Source: a virus (taxonomy: Duplodnaviria; Caudoviricetes). Taken from it: DNA of 64,000 nt. The translations under genes and the position numbers were made by a program. The notes beneath the pieces are model-generated. The model was not told the DNA's origin, made no database searches, and worked only from the letters and a program-made list of their open reading frames with translations. Of the stretch, positions 30,148-38,384 are shown piece by piece. The stretch covers positions 17,800 to 81,799 of IMG/VR virus record IMGVR_UViG_2837734161_000001. One strand, 5' to 3'. Within the stretch, counting starts at the first letter, position 1, and each line of letters opens with the position of its first letter.

Positions 30148-30940
30148 CGCTTGCCTCCTGTTCTGCCTCTTTGGCTTCTTTCCGCTTCTCTGCCCATTTA
30201 GCCGCATGGGCCTTGGCCTTTTCTTCGGTTGGGAATGCTGCAGATCCAGTCAGGTTTTCGAGAAGAATCTTTCTCGTGAGCTTGTACTCCGCTCCCTTCA
30301 TCCCAAGCCTGAGCAGGAAATTCCGGAAGCTATACTTCTCGCTGGTGATCTCCTTTTCCTCTTTGCTTACCCGCGTTGCATTCTTAGCAAACTCGGTGAC
30401 CAGCGTTACAAAGTCCACGAAGGCTTTATGATGATCGCTGTCGATGGATGGGAATCCGTCAAAGGTGATCTGGCCGTTTTCTCTTTTTAAGGTGATGGTA
30501 TCCGACTGAAATGCGTGCTTTAAGAGCTCCTGCTTGGTTTCAATGATCGTCTGGAGTCTATCGTAAGCCTCATCCGTCAGATCGTCTGGCAGGGAAAGGG
30601 ATAACTCCATCGGTTCCTCCTCGTCTTCTGACTCCGGCTCAGGTTCCGCTTCTTCCTGTGGTTCTTCATCCGTAAGAACCGTGAAGCTGTTCTCTTCCGG
30701 ATCATCCGTTTTCGTGAATCCATGGTCTGCAAGGTAGGAAAGCATCGCTTCGGCTTCCTCCTCGCTGACGCTTTCGTCCATGTCCATGGTTCCGTCTCTC
30801 TGGATCTCAGCCTTTCCTTCCAGTACAAACCGGCATCCCGGCATTTTGTACTCTGGCTTCATCTGGAAGAATTCACCTGCGGTCTGCGCCAGTGCCTTTC
30901 TCTGTGACTTGTCGATGTTGAATGTGTAGCTTGCTTTCAT
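30128..30940 (-). CDS. Phage 'virulence-related' family protein
   Basis: SEKYSFRNFLLRLGMKGAEYKLTRKILLENLTGSAAF. Confidence 0.75.
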   Translation of the reverse strand: MKASYTFNIDKSQRKALAQTAGEFFQMKPEYKMPGCRFVLEGKAEIQRDGTMDMDESVSEEEAEAMLSYLADHGFTKTDDPEENSFTVLTDEEPQEEAEPEPESEDEEEPMELSLSLPDDLTDEAYDRLQTIIETKQELLKHAFQSDTITLKRENGQITFDGFPSIDSDHHKAFVDFVTLVTEFAKNATRVSKEEKEITSEKYSFRNFLLRLGMKGAEYKLTRKILLENLTGSAAFPTEEKAKAHAAKWAEKRKEAKEAEQEASDDADAE

Positions 30941-30967
30941 GCGTTGTTCCTCCTTTTCTTTCGGTAC

Positions 30968-31001
30968 TGTATAGATCACTCTGAAGGGCACATATAGCAA
31001 G
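30968..31001 (-). promoter_or_regulatory. Class A promoter repeat
   Basis: CTTGCTAT-N11-AGAGTGATCTATAC. Confidence 0.75.
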
Positions 31002-31033
31002 CAAGTTTTCGCATAAATAAAAGGTTTTTTGCA

Positions 31034-31189
31034 TTATTTTTTCGGATGCTTTTCTCGCCATTTCCGGAGATATTCTTCCTGCTCGCGGTCCTCTAATTCT
31101 TTGTCTTCATCCGAGAAGCAGCACACCAGAAGCAAGTTAAAAAGCGAGATCACAACTGTCACGGATGCCAATACACAAATCAGAATCAT
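31034..31189 (-). CDS. 51-aa membrane protein (not in ORF track)
   Basis: MILICVLASVTVVISLFNLLLVCC then charged tail; overlaps MTase stop. Confidence 0.55.
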   Translation of the reverse strand: MILICVLASVTVVISLFNLLLVCCFSDEDKELEDREQEEYLRKWREKHPKK

Positions 31190-32442
31190 TGTTCGTCACC
31201 CTCCATATCTGCGATGGCCTCTTCATAGGTCAGCTTCTGACCATTCCGAAGAACATAGACGCCATCTGTCTTGTTCTCTTTTAATTCCAGGAATCGTTTC
31301 ACCTCGACATCTACAAACTTCGGATCAAGCTCGATGCCTCTGCAGATCCGATCGGTCTGCTCACAAGCCATCATGGTAGAACCGGAACCGAGGAATGGAT
31401 CCAGAACGATGCCATTGGTCATACTGGAATTACGGATCGGATAAGCCATGAGCTGCACCGGCTTCATGGTCGGATGGTCCTTCGAGGATTTCGGGCGGTC
31501 ATACTCCCAGATCGTTGTCTGCTTGCGGTCGGAATACCACTCGTGCTTTCCGTCCTTCTTCCAGCCAAACAGACAAGGCTCATGCTGCCACTGATATGGC
31601 GAGCGACCGAGGACCAGAGAATTCTTCTTCCAGATGCAGCAGCCGGAAAGATAGAATCCAGCATCCTGAAATGCTTTACGGAAGTTAAGGCCCTGCGTGT
31701 CCGCATGGAACACATAGATGGATCCATCATCCGCTAAGAATTCGTGCATACATTTGTAAGCAGAAAGAAGGAACTGATAGAAGGCATCATCGGACATGTT
31801 GTCATTCATGATCTTTCCAGCGGTTTCTTCTACGTTCACGTTATAAGGCGGATCAGTCAGAACCAGATTTGCTTTCTCATCACCCATGAGCGTGTGATAG
31901 GTTTCTTCCTTCGTGGAATCCCCACAGAGGATCTTGTGTCGTCCTAAGAACCAGAGATCACCTGGCTTTGTAACGGTCGGCTTCTTCAATTCCGCTTCCA
32001 CATCGAAGTCATCCTCTTCGATATCCTTATCGGCCACCTTGTTAAAGAGCTGCTCCATTTCCGGAGGCTCAAATCCGGTCACCATCACATCCAATTCACT
32101 ATTCTGGATATCCTGCAGAAGTTCAGCGAGCATCTTCTCATCCCATGCACCCGTGATCTTATTGAGTGCAATGTTCAAAGCCTTTTCTCTGGTCTTATCC
32201 ACATCCACGACAGCACATGGCACTTCGGTATAGCCGAGCTCCTTGGCAACAGTCAGTCGCTGGTGGCCGCCGATAACTGTCATGTCCGCATTCACCACCA
32301 AAGGATCCGCAAAGCCAAACTCCTGAATGGAATTCTTAATCTTCTCATATTCTTTATCGCCCGGCTTCAGTTTCCTTCTCGGATTATATTCAGCTGGTTT
32401 TAGATCCTTCACTGGGATCACTTTTAATTCTGCTGTTTTCAT
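31186..32442 (-). CDS. ParB-domain N6/N4 DNA methyltransferase
   Basis: PAEYNPR/IGGHQR ParB-like N-terminus; TDPPYN, HPTMKP, LDPFLGSGST. Confidence 0.93.
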   Translation of the reverse strand: MKTAELKVIPVKDLKPAEYNPRRKLKPGDKEYEKIKNSIQEFGFADPLVVNADMTVIGGHQRLTVAKELGYTEVPCAVVDVDKTREKALNIALNKITGAWDEKMLAELLQDIQNSELDVMVTGFEPPEMEQLFNKVADKDIEEDDFDVEAELKKPTVTKPGDLWFLGRHKILCGDSTKEETYHTLMGDEKANLVLTDPPYNVNVEETAGKIMNDNMSDDAFYQFLLSAYKCMHEFLADDGSIYVFHADTQGLNFRKAFQDAGFYLSGCCIWKKNSLVLGRSPYQWQHEPCLFGWKKDGKHEWYSDRKQTTIWEYDRPKSSKDHPTMKPVQLMAYPIRNSSMTNGIVLDPFLGSGSTMMACEQTDRICRGIELDPKFVDVEVKRFLELKENKTDGVYVLRNGQKLTYEEAIADMEGDEQ

Positions 32443-32620
32443 TCAGCTTCTCCTCCTTCAATTTCTGGCGTCTTCTTCGCTTGTCATATGCCCACCGGCA
32501 CCGGTCTGAGCAGAAGACGCGTGGTCTGCCCTTGCCGCTGTAGCTGACTGGCCTGCCACATTCCAGGCAGAACAGTTTCGCGCAGGAGCTGATAAAATCA
32601 TTCATTTCTTCTTCGTTCAT
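32390..32620 (-). CDS. Small zinc-finger protein
   Basis: CLECG..GRPRVFCSDRCR; same motif as 5761-6210. Confidence 0.7.
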   Translation of the reverse strand: MNEEEMNDFISSCAKLFCLECGRPVSYSGKGRPRVFCSDRCRWAYDKRRRRQKLKEEKLNENSRIKSDPSEGSKTS

Positions 32621-32791
32621 AACCTGTCCTCGAAATTCCTGAGCCAGTCTCTAACCTATCCATCATTTGTCCACGAAATGTTTCTGTTTGCAGTCCAGAA
32701 GAAATGAACATGAAAAAGCCATGAATCACCCGAATTTATAGGCTTTTCACGGCACGTAATACATATGTATCTTTTGTTATATAGCTATATA

Positions 32792-32885
32792 GACCCCGGC
32801 CCTGCGATTTCGCAGCTTTGCACGCAAGAGGGGGCGCCGGTCCCGGAGCTGAGCCTTGTAGAGATTCACACCCGCCCCGGGTCAC
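32792..32885. other. Probable cos/packaging region
   Basis: GC-rich GGGGCGGG...ACCGGCGCCCCCT...GCGAAAT tract downstream of HNH, the typical position in HNH/P27-terminase cos phages (inference). Confidence 0.55.
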
Positions 32886-32887
32886 CA

Positions 32888-33610
32888 TCAACTACCGGAA
32901 GGTGTCAATACATCTATCTTCTTCTGCAGTTCCGCAATCAGATCATCGACATACTTTTTTGTAGCCACATCCATGTCATCAACAGGATCAGTTCCAACGA
33001 TCAGTTTGCCTGCGAGCCATTCATTACCAGACCAGTCAAGAGTACGAGCATTAGATCTTTTGGATGTGTGGGAAGACATGTCATATGTCCCATTGCCAAC
33101 AATCTCAGCATACTTGTCTTCCGTATCCTCAGTGTTATATCTTCCAGATACGTGCTGATATAGTCCTTGAGCAATGGTACTATATCCTTCAGCATGAGAT
33201 GATTCACCATGTGATACGGATAGGCACCCTTCAGCATGGGAATTTTCGCCTTCTGCCAATGTTTTTCTTCCCTCTGCATGTGAGTTTTTACCTCGTGTAA
33301 CAGTCTCAGATCCTTCAGCATGAGAACGTGAAGCACCTGCTGAAGATGCAGCATTTTCAACAGTTGAAAGATAAGCAGTGCCTGATTTGATTGCAGGTTT
33401 GTAAGCAATATATCCATCTGCATTTTCATCATTAACAGACCAGTCCGGTTTCACTCCTCCACCAGAGGATTTTCCAAGGTTCCCATTGATTTCTTCCAGC
33501 AGCTTTTCAATTCTGCTCTGCGGTTCTTCTGTTCCAATTACTTCACCAGAACCGTTTATCGTTGCATTCATCTCTTTCAGTTGTTTCTCAATCCTACTTT
33601 CATCCGGCAT
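32888..33610 (-). CDS. Protein with YadA-head-like SHAEG repeats (trimeric adhesin/fibre-like)
   Basis: Four SHAEG motifs at 14-aa period; C-terminal DVATKKYVD and coiled coil. Confidence 0.75.
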   Translation of the reverse strand: MPDESRIEKQLKEMNATINGSGEVIGTEEPQSRIEKLLEEINGNLGKSSGGGVKPDWSVNDENADGYIAYKPAIKSGTAYLSTVENAASSAGASRSHAEGSETVTRGKNSHAEGRKTLAEGENSHAEGCLSVSHGESSHAEGYSTIAQGLYQHVSGRYNTEDTEDKYAEIVGNGTYDMSSHTSKRSNARTLDWSGNEWLAGKLIVGTDPVDDMDVATKKYVDDLIAELQKKIDVLTPSGS

Positions 33611-33612
33611 AA

Positions 33613-33981
33613 TTACTCCTTTCGGTATTTGTAAACAGGATGACTGTCGTAGTTTCCTGTCTTCTTATCATGGCAAGGCTTGCATAATGCCTGCCAGTTA
33701 TTCTCATCCCAGAACAGCTTTGGATCACCACAATGAGGAACAATATGATCCACAACCGTTGCCTTGGTATACTTTCCCTGTTTCAAACATTCTTCACAAA
33801 AAGGATGAGCCGCCAGAAACATTCTGCTTGCCCTTCTCCATCTGGAATTGTATCCGCGCTTCGATGCGGTTCTTACTTCTTCCGGATGCAATGCCTTATG
33901 CTGATCACAATACTTCTGGCCAACTGGCACAAGATTCGGGCAGCCGGGATGGCGGCATGGATACATTGGTTTATGTGGCAT
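33613..33981 (-). CDS. Terminase-associated HNH endonuclease
   Basis: CRHPGCP, VVDHIVPH, NWQALCKPCHDKKT. Confidence 0.92.
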   Translation of the reverse strand: MPHKPMYPCRHPGCPNLVPVGQKYCDQHKALHPEEVRTASKRGYNSRWRRASRMFLAAHPFCEECLKQGKYTKATVVDHIVPHCGDPKLFWDENNWQALCKPCHDKKTGNYDSHPVYKYRKE

Positions 33982-34366
33982 CTGGGAGCACTTCTCCTAA
34001 CTGCATCCATACTGCGCTATCAATCTCCAACCGCTTGCTTTTGTCTGCAACGCTGCCAACACGAGAACGGAAAGCTTTCTTATCCAGTGTGGTAATCTGT
34101 TCAGCAAGAATCGTCGATGGCGCAAAGTAATCATGATAGCCACTGTCCTTTTCCATTTCCTTCTGGCTGAAAAACACATGACTTGGAAGCCAAGGCTTCT
34201 TCATCTTTGACGTCATCGGCAGAACCGTGATGGTATTGGCATGCTCGTTGGAGATATCATTGCTGATAACAAGCACTGGTCTTGTACCTTCCTGCACACT
34301 GGTTGCCGGATGCTCGCCGAGACAAGCAAACCAAATTTCCATCCGACGTGGATTATGTTCTTTCAT
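33971..34366 (-). CDS. PemK/MazF-family protein
   Basis: QEGTRPVLVISND..N, VLPMTS, AEQITTLDK. Confidence 0.88.
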   Translation of the reverse strand: MKEHNPRRMEIWFACLGEHPATSVQEGTRPVLVISNDISNEHANTITVLPMTSKMKKPWLPSHVFFSQKEMEKDSGYHDYFAPSTILAEQITTLDKKAFRSRVGSVADKSKRLEIDSAVWMQLGEVLPDAT

Positions 34367-34442
34367 TTCTTCTCACTCCCTTCAAAGCAAAAGAAAACCG
34401 AAAGAGAATCACTTTCCCTTCCGGCCACTTTTCTACGATATC

Positions 34443-34483
34443 AATATAGCAGGGTAAACAAGGCAATGCGTCTAGCGGATTAC
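34443..34483 (-). promoter_or_regulatory. Class C (putative late) promoter upstream of pemK-HNH
   Basis: GTAATCCGCTAGACGCATTGCCTTGTTTACCCTGCTAT, homologous to 27662-27699. Confidence 0.65.
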
Positions 34484-34491
34484 TCATTGGC

Positions 34492-35241
34492 TTAATCCAG
34501 TTTATTTCCTTTTCTTCCATTGCACTTCGAGCAAAGAACCCGAAGATTAGAAGGAACTGTTTTTCCGCCTTTTGAAACTGGAATGATATGGTCGATCTGA
34601 AGGCCAACCCCATCTGGCATATACTTTCCACAAATCTGACAAGTGTAATTATCTCGTCGCATTATGTACTGACGCAATTGCGGAGTCATTAGTTTTCTCT
34701 GCTCAGCTTCATTGTATCTGCGAAGACTTGTTTCAAATCCTATTCCAGCAAGCAACCTTCTTCGATCAGCTAGTTGATCAAAGCTATAAGCTCTCCTATC
34801 GGTACTGGTATAAACATTATAAGATGACCGCATATAATTTCTTTGACGATATCTTGTCTGGCGTCGCTTCATTTCAAAACGATACGCATGGTCATCATCT
34901 AAGGCTTCCTTATATTGCCTGCGCCTTCGATCCTTTAATTTTGATTCTTCAATCTCTTCTTTGCACTCAGCCTTCCATTTATTAATTTCCTTTTCGTGCC
35001 TGCAAATAGCTTTCCAGTTCACCGTATTGCACAGATACTTATCAATATAATCTGACATATCTGGATTTCTTTTTCCTGACACATCAAACGGAACGTAATA
35101 ATATGGATACTTAAATGGCGACGCAAGAATCTTCTGAATCTCACGAATGATAATAACGATCAGAATGACCAAAATTACGGTTAAAATCAATATCAAGGCC
35201 GATCTATAAAAGTCATTGTATAAAAAATCTGAACCATTCAT
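34492..35241 (-). CDS. Membrane-anchored HNH nuclease (moron)
   Basis: N-terminal TM; RDNYTCQICG, IDHIIPVSKGG, NLRVLCSKCN; low GC. Confidence 0.85.
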   Translation of the reverse strand: MNGSDFLYNDFYRSALILILTVILVILIVIIIREIQKILASPFKYPYYYVPFDVSGKRNPDMSDYIDKYLCNTVNWKAICRHEKEINKWKAECKEEIEESKLKDRRRRQYKEALDDDHAYRFEMKRRQTRYRQRNYMRSSYNVYTSTDRRAYSFDQLADRRRLLAGIGFETSLRRYNEAEQRKLMTPQLRQYIMRRDNYTCQICGKYMPDGVGLQIDHIIPVSKGGKTVPSNLRVLCSKCNGRKGNKLD

Positions 35242-35282
35242 AGGTATATCTTAATCCGAAAAATTTACATTCAAAGTTTTTG

Positions 35283-35465
35283 TTAATCCCATCGATTGTT
35301 ATTCCACGAATCACTGTTGTGTCTTTTATTGTTTCTAACTCCTATGACAACTTTTTCAATAATCAAAACAATCGTAAGAATCACTACAACAACCGATATC
35401 CCCATCACGACCCGAATATCCGAAATTGCATCTAAAAAAGTTCTCTGACATGACGTTTGCTCCAT
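35283..35465 (-). CDS. Small membrane protein (moron)
   Basis: Single hydrophobic segment; TGATATAAT promoter just upstream. Confidence 0.55.
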   Translation of the reverse strand: MEQTSCQRTFLDAISDIRVVMGISVVVVILTIVLIIEKVVIGVRNNKRHNSDSWNNNRWD

Positions 35466-35508
35466 CTTTCGAACATAACATTATATCAGGGAACCAAATC
35501 AGTAAAGC

Positions 35509-35979
35509 TCAGTCTTTTCCAAACAGCAATGTCTGCAGATGTGTCAGCGCTCTGTTTTTCCGATTGTAGGCAGAGGAACGCTCAATGCTGTACCGGTCGC
35601 AGATCTCATAAACCGCTCCATACGTTCCCATCTCACTTCCATAGAATATTTTCAGAACATCCCGTTCTTCTTCTGACAGTTGATTCCACGCCGGCATGAA
35701 CCAATCCATATATTCCACAGCCTGCCGATACCGTTCTTTCAGAACATTGATCTCATCTATGCCTTTCAGAATCCGTTCTTCATTGGCATTGGGATTATGG
35801 ACGTGCGGCATACCATCAAACCGAGGAGAACCAACGGAGGTCATCTTCCTGTGTTCCTCCCGAATCTTTTCATCCGTGTTATTGATGATGAATTGCATGC
35901 TGGTGAAATCCTTGATTGCTGAAACGGTCGCTGCACGCTTATCCAGATATTTGTAAATGATAGAACTCATAATCTTCAC
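35509..35979 (-). CDS. DUF1492/RinA-like late transcriptional regulator
   Basis: C-terminal LSEEERDVLKIFY...HTH; position after helicase. Confidence 0.7.
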   Translation of the reverse strand: MKIMSSIIYKYLDKRAATVSAIKDFTSMQFIINNTDEKIREEHRKMTSVGSPRFDGMPHVHNPNANEERILKGIDEINVLKERYRQAVEYMDWFMPAWNQLSEEERDVLKIFYGSEMGTYGAVYEICDRYSIERSSAYNRKNRALTHLQTLLFGKD

Positions 35980-36030
35980 CTCCGCTGAGTTTCTTCTATG
36001 TCCGCTTTGGCTTTGATTGTCATATTGTTG

Positions 36031-37407
36031 TCATTTGATCCGTGCTTTCACGGCATTAATTAAGCTCTGCTGCGTTGTATTCTTATTCTTCAGAGCTTCA
36101 ATCACATCCTCATCCACAGTATCCTTGCAGACGATATGATGAATCGTCACCACTTCCCTTTGTCCCTGCCGGTGCAGTCGGCCATTGGTCTGGAGATAAA
36201 GTTCCAAGGACCAGATCATCGAATACCACACAAGGATATGACCACCATCCTGCAAATTGAGTCCATGTCCGGCAGAAGCTGGTGAGATCAGACCTGCTTG
36301 AATCTTTCCGGCATTCCAGTCAGCGAAGTCTTCTGCTGTTTTGAGATCCCGTACTTCATATCCTTCATCTTTCAGATGCTTCCTAATCCGGTCATGATCG
36401 TGCCGGAACCAGTATGATATCAAGACTGGCTGGCCATTGGCCTGTTCCATAAGATCAACCAGCATATCGAGTTTTCTGCTGTGGATTTCTTTGACGGCAC
36501 CATCGTCAGAATACAAAGCTCCGTCTGCCATCTGCAGGAGCTTGTTAGAAAGCACTGCTGCATTGGCGGCGGACACTTCTTCGCCATCTATATCCGTAAC
36601 CAGATCGTGCTTCATCTTGTCATAGACTTTCCGTTCTGCCGGACTCATTTCCACTTCATGATTTACGATCACTGCATCCGGCATCTTGAGATAATCCTTG
36701 GCTCGCATGGAAACCGTAATGTCACTGATTTTCTCGTAGATCTTCTCTTCGGCTCCTGGTCGGATTTCGTAGTTATAGACAACTCCGGTATAAGGATTGA
36801 AACCAGCTGGCTTAAAGTAGGCCTCCCGGTATCTTCCGATGAATCTTCCAAGACGCTCGCCGCGATCAATCGCATTGACTTCGGCCCAGAGATCCATCAG
36901 ACCATTGCTGGCAGGTGTTCCGGTCAGACCTACGATCCGTTTTACATACGGACGGATCTTCCGAAGTGCCTTAAAGCGCTGGCTCTTATAGTTCTTGAAA
37001 GACGACAGTTCATCAATCACCACCATATCGAACGGCCAGTCCATTTTCCGTTCTTCCAACCAATCAACTAAGCCTTTCAGATTCTCTCGGTTAATGACGT
37101 AGATATCTGCATCTTTCCAAAATGCCTGTATTCTTTTCTGCTTGGATCCAACCATCACCGACATCCGAAGGTCGGATACCTCTTCCCACTTTTTCACTTC
37201 ATTAGGCCAGGTAACCTTCGCTACCCGGAGTGGTGCAACCACCAGAACCTTCTGCACAGAGAATTCATCAAACATCAAATCCTTGATGGCCATGAGAGAA
37301 ATGATCGTCTTTCCAAGGCCCATATCCAGAAACAACAGTGCTTCCTTATGGTCCTTGATAAACTGGATGGCATATTCCTGATAGAAATATGGTTTAAAGT
37401 GCATCAT
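36031..37407 (-). CDS. SNF2-family helicase
   Basis: DMGLGKT, DELS, LTGTP, GHGLNLQ, RLHRQGQ. Confidence 0.93.
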   Translation of the reverse strand: MMHFKPYFYQEYAIQFIKDHKEALLFLDMGLGKTIISLMAIKDLMFDEFSVQKVLVVAPLRVAKVTWPNEVKKWEEVSDLRMSVMVGSKQKRIQAFWKDADIYVINRENLKGLVDWLEERKMDWPFDMVVIDELSSFKNYKSQRFKALRKIRPYVKRIVGLTGTPASNGLMDLWAEVNAIDRGERLGRFIGRYREAYFKPAGFNPYTGVVYNYEIRPGAEEKIYEKISDITVSMRAKDYLKMPDAVIVNHEVEMSPAERKVYDKMKHDLVTDIDGEEVSAANAAVLSNKLLQMADGALYSDDGAVKEIHSRKLDMLVDLMEQANGQPVLISYWFRHDHDRIRKHLKDEGYEVRDLKTAEDFADWNAGKIQAGLISPASAGHGLNLQDGGHILVWYSMIWSLELYLQTNGRLHRQGQREVVTIHHIVCKDTVDEDVIEALKNKNTTQQSLINAVKARIK

Positions 37408-37747
37408 TCCCGCCGCACTCCCATTTCCAAGGATCATCGTGAATGGCATCACTGATCTCATCCATAGCTTCTTCGATTTCTGACAGGTCAATCTTCTTTT
37501 TCTCCAGCTCATGACTGATCTGCTTTAAGGCAGACTCGATGGATTTCACCATCTCTTTATGATCAACCTTCAGTTCTTTGACTTCATCGTCATAGGCATC
37601 CAGATCATCCTGTGTCTCCTGAAATTTATCTGCCAGCAGTTCTGAGAAATCAGATCCCATATACTCTTCCACCAACCGGAAGAGATCCTGTTCGTTAAAG
37701 AAAAGATGGTTCTGATTGTCTTTTGTTACCAGAATGCGCCCCATCAT
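37394..37747 (-). CDS. Acidic hypothetical protein
   Basis: Overlap-coupled ORF between VRR-NUC and helicase. Confidence 0.65.
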   Translation of the reverse strand: MMGRILVTKDNQNHLFFNEQDLFRLVEEYMGSDFSELLADKFQETQDDLDAYDDEVKELKVDHKEMVKSIESALKQISHELEKKKIDLSEIEEAMDEISDAIHDDPWKWECGGNDAL

Positions 37748-38028
37748 TTCTCTCCCCTCACTGCTGCGAGGATTACCGGGATCTGATCCGGATCATCCAG
37801 AACATACACTTTGAATCCCAGCACCCGGAGTCTTGCATGTCTCCGAAGCTGAATCCTTCTCGGATGTTCGCCGGTCGCTTTCACTTCCACAAAGCACATT
37901 CTTCCTTCTGGCATCAGAACAATACGATCCGGCATTCCATTGGTTCCTGGTGAGACAAACTTCGGACAGATACCGCCAGTATCCTTTACGGCATCCACTA
38001 ATTTCTTCTCAATCTCTGCTTCTCGCAT
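37744..38028 (-). CDS. VRR-NUC nuclease
   Basis: KFVSPG..GMPDRIVL..FVEVKA. Confidence 0.9.
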   Translation of the reverse strand: MREAEIEKKLVDAVKDTGGICPKFVSPGTNGMPDRIVLMPEGRMCFVEVKATGEHPRRIQLRRHARLRVLGFKVYVLDDPDQIPVILAAVRGEK

Positions 38029-38243
38029 GCTTCGTACTCTTTCCACGTTTTTTCAAACAGGTCGATGGCCTCAGTGCAGGCCTGCTTCCGATCCAGGTAT
38101 GATTTGATCAGATCATGCCATCCTTTGAACTTGCAGCATCTGTTTATCGGAAATATTTCATCATTCCATACATCGCGGGCAAGGTCCCCTTCTGGAGAAT
38201 TCTGGTCCGCATATTTTCTTTTCATCCAGTTTTTATAGGTCAT
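37998..38243 (-). CDS. YozE-like SAM-domain protein
   Basis: SPEGDLARDV..D..FP, FEKTWKEY. Confidence 0.7.
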   Translation of the reverse strand: MTYKNWMKRKYADQNSPEGDLARDVWNDEIFPINRCCKFKGWHDLIKSYLDRKQACTEAIDLFEKTWKEYEACEKQRLRRN

Positions 38244-38270
38244 TGTTTTTCCCTCAATAATTGTGTTGGT

Positions 38271-38378
38271 GTCAGGACTGTCACCTCTCCAGTAAAACCC
38301 CTTTATAGGTTTTTTTGTCCTATTTTCCCCTATAGGGTACTTTTACTAAAGAGATGTCAGAGGCGTCACTAATGACAA
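38271..38378. other. Candidate replication origin (imperfect inverted repeat after primase)
   Basis: AGTAAAACCCTTTATAGG ... CCTATAGGGTACTTTTACT flanked by GTCA/TGAC motifs. Confidence 0.4.
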
Positions 38379-38384
38379 GTGGTA

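Noticed and set aside
27963-31001. Repeats as a CRISPR-like array
   Set aside because: Spacing is hundreds of bp with whole genes between; they behave like promoters. DUF2800 is a phage nuclease, not part of a cas operon
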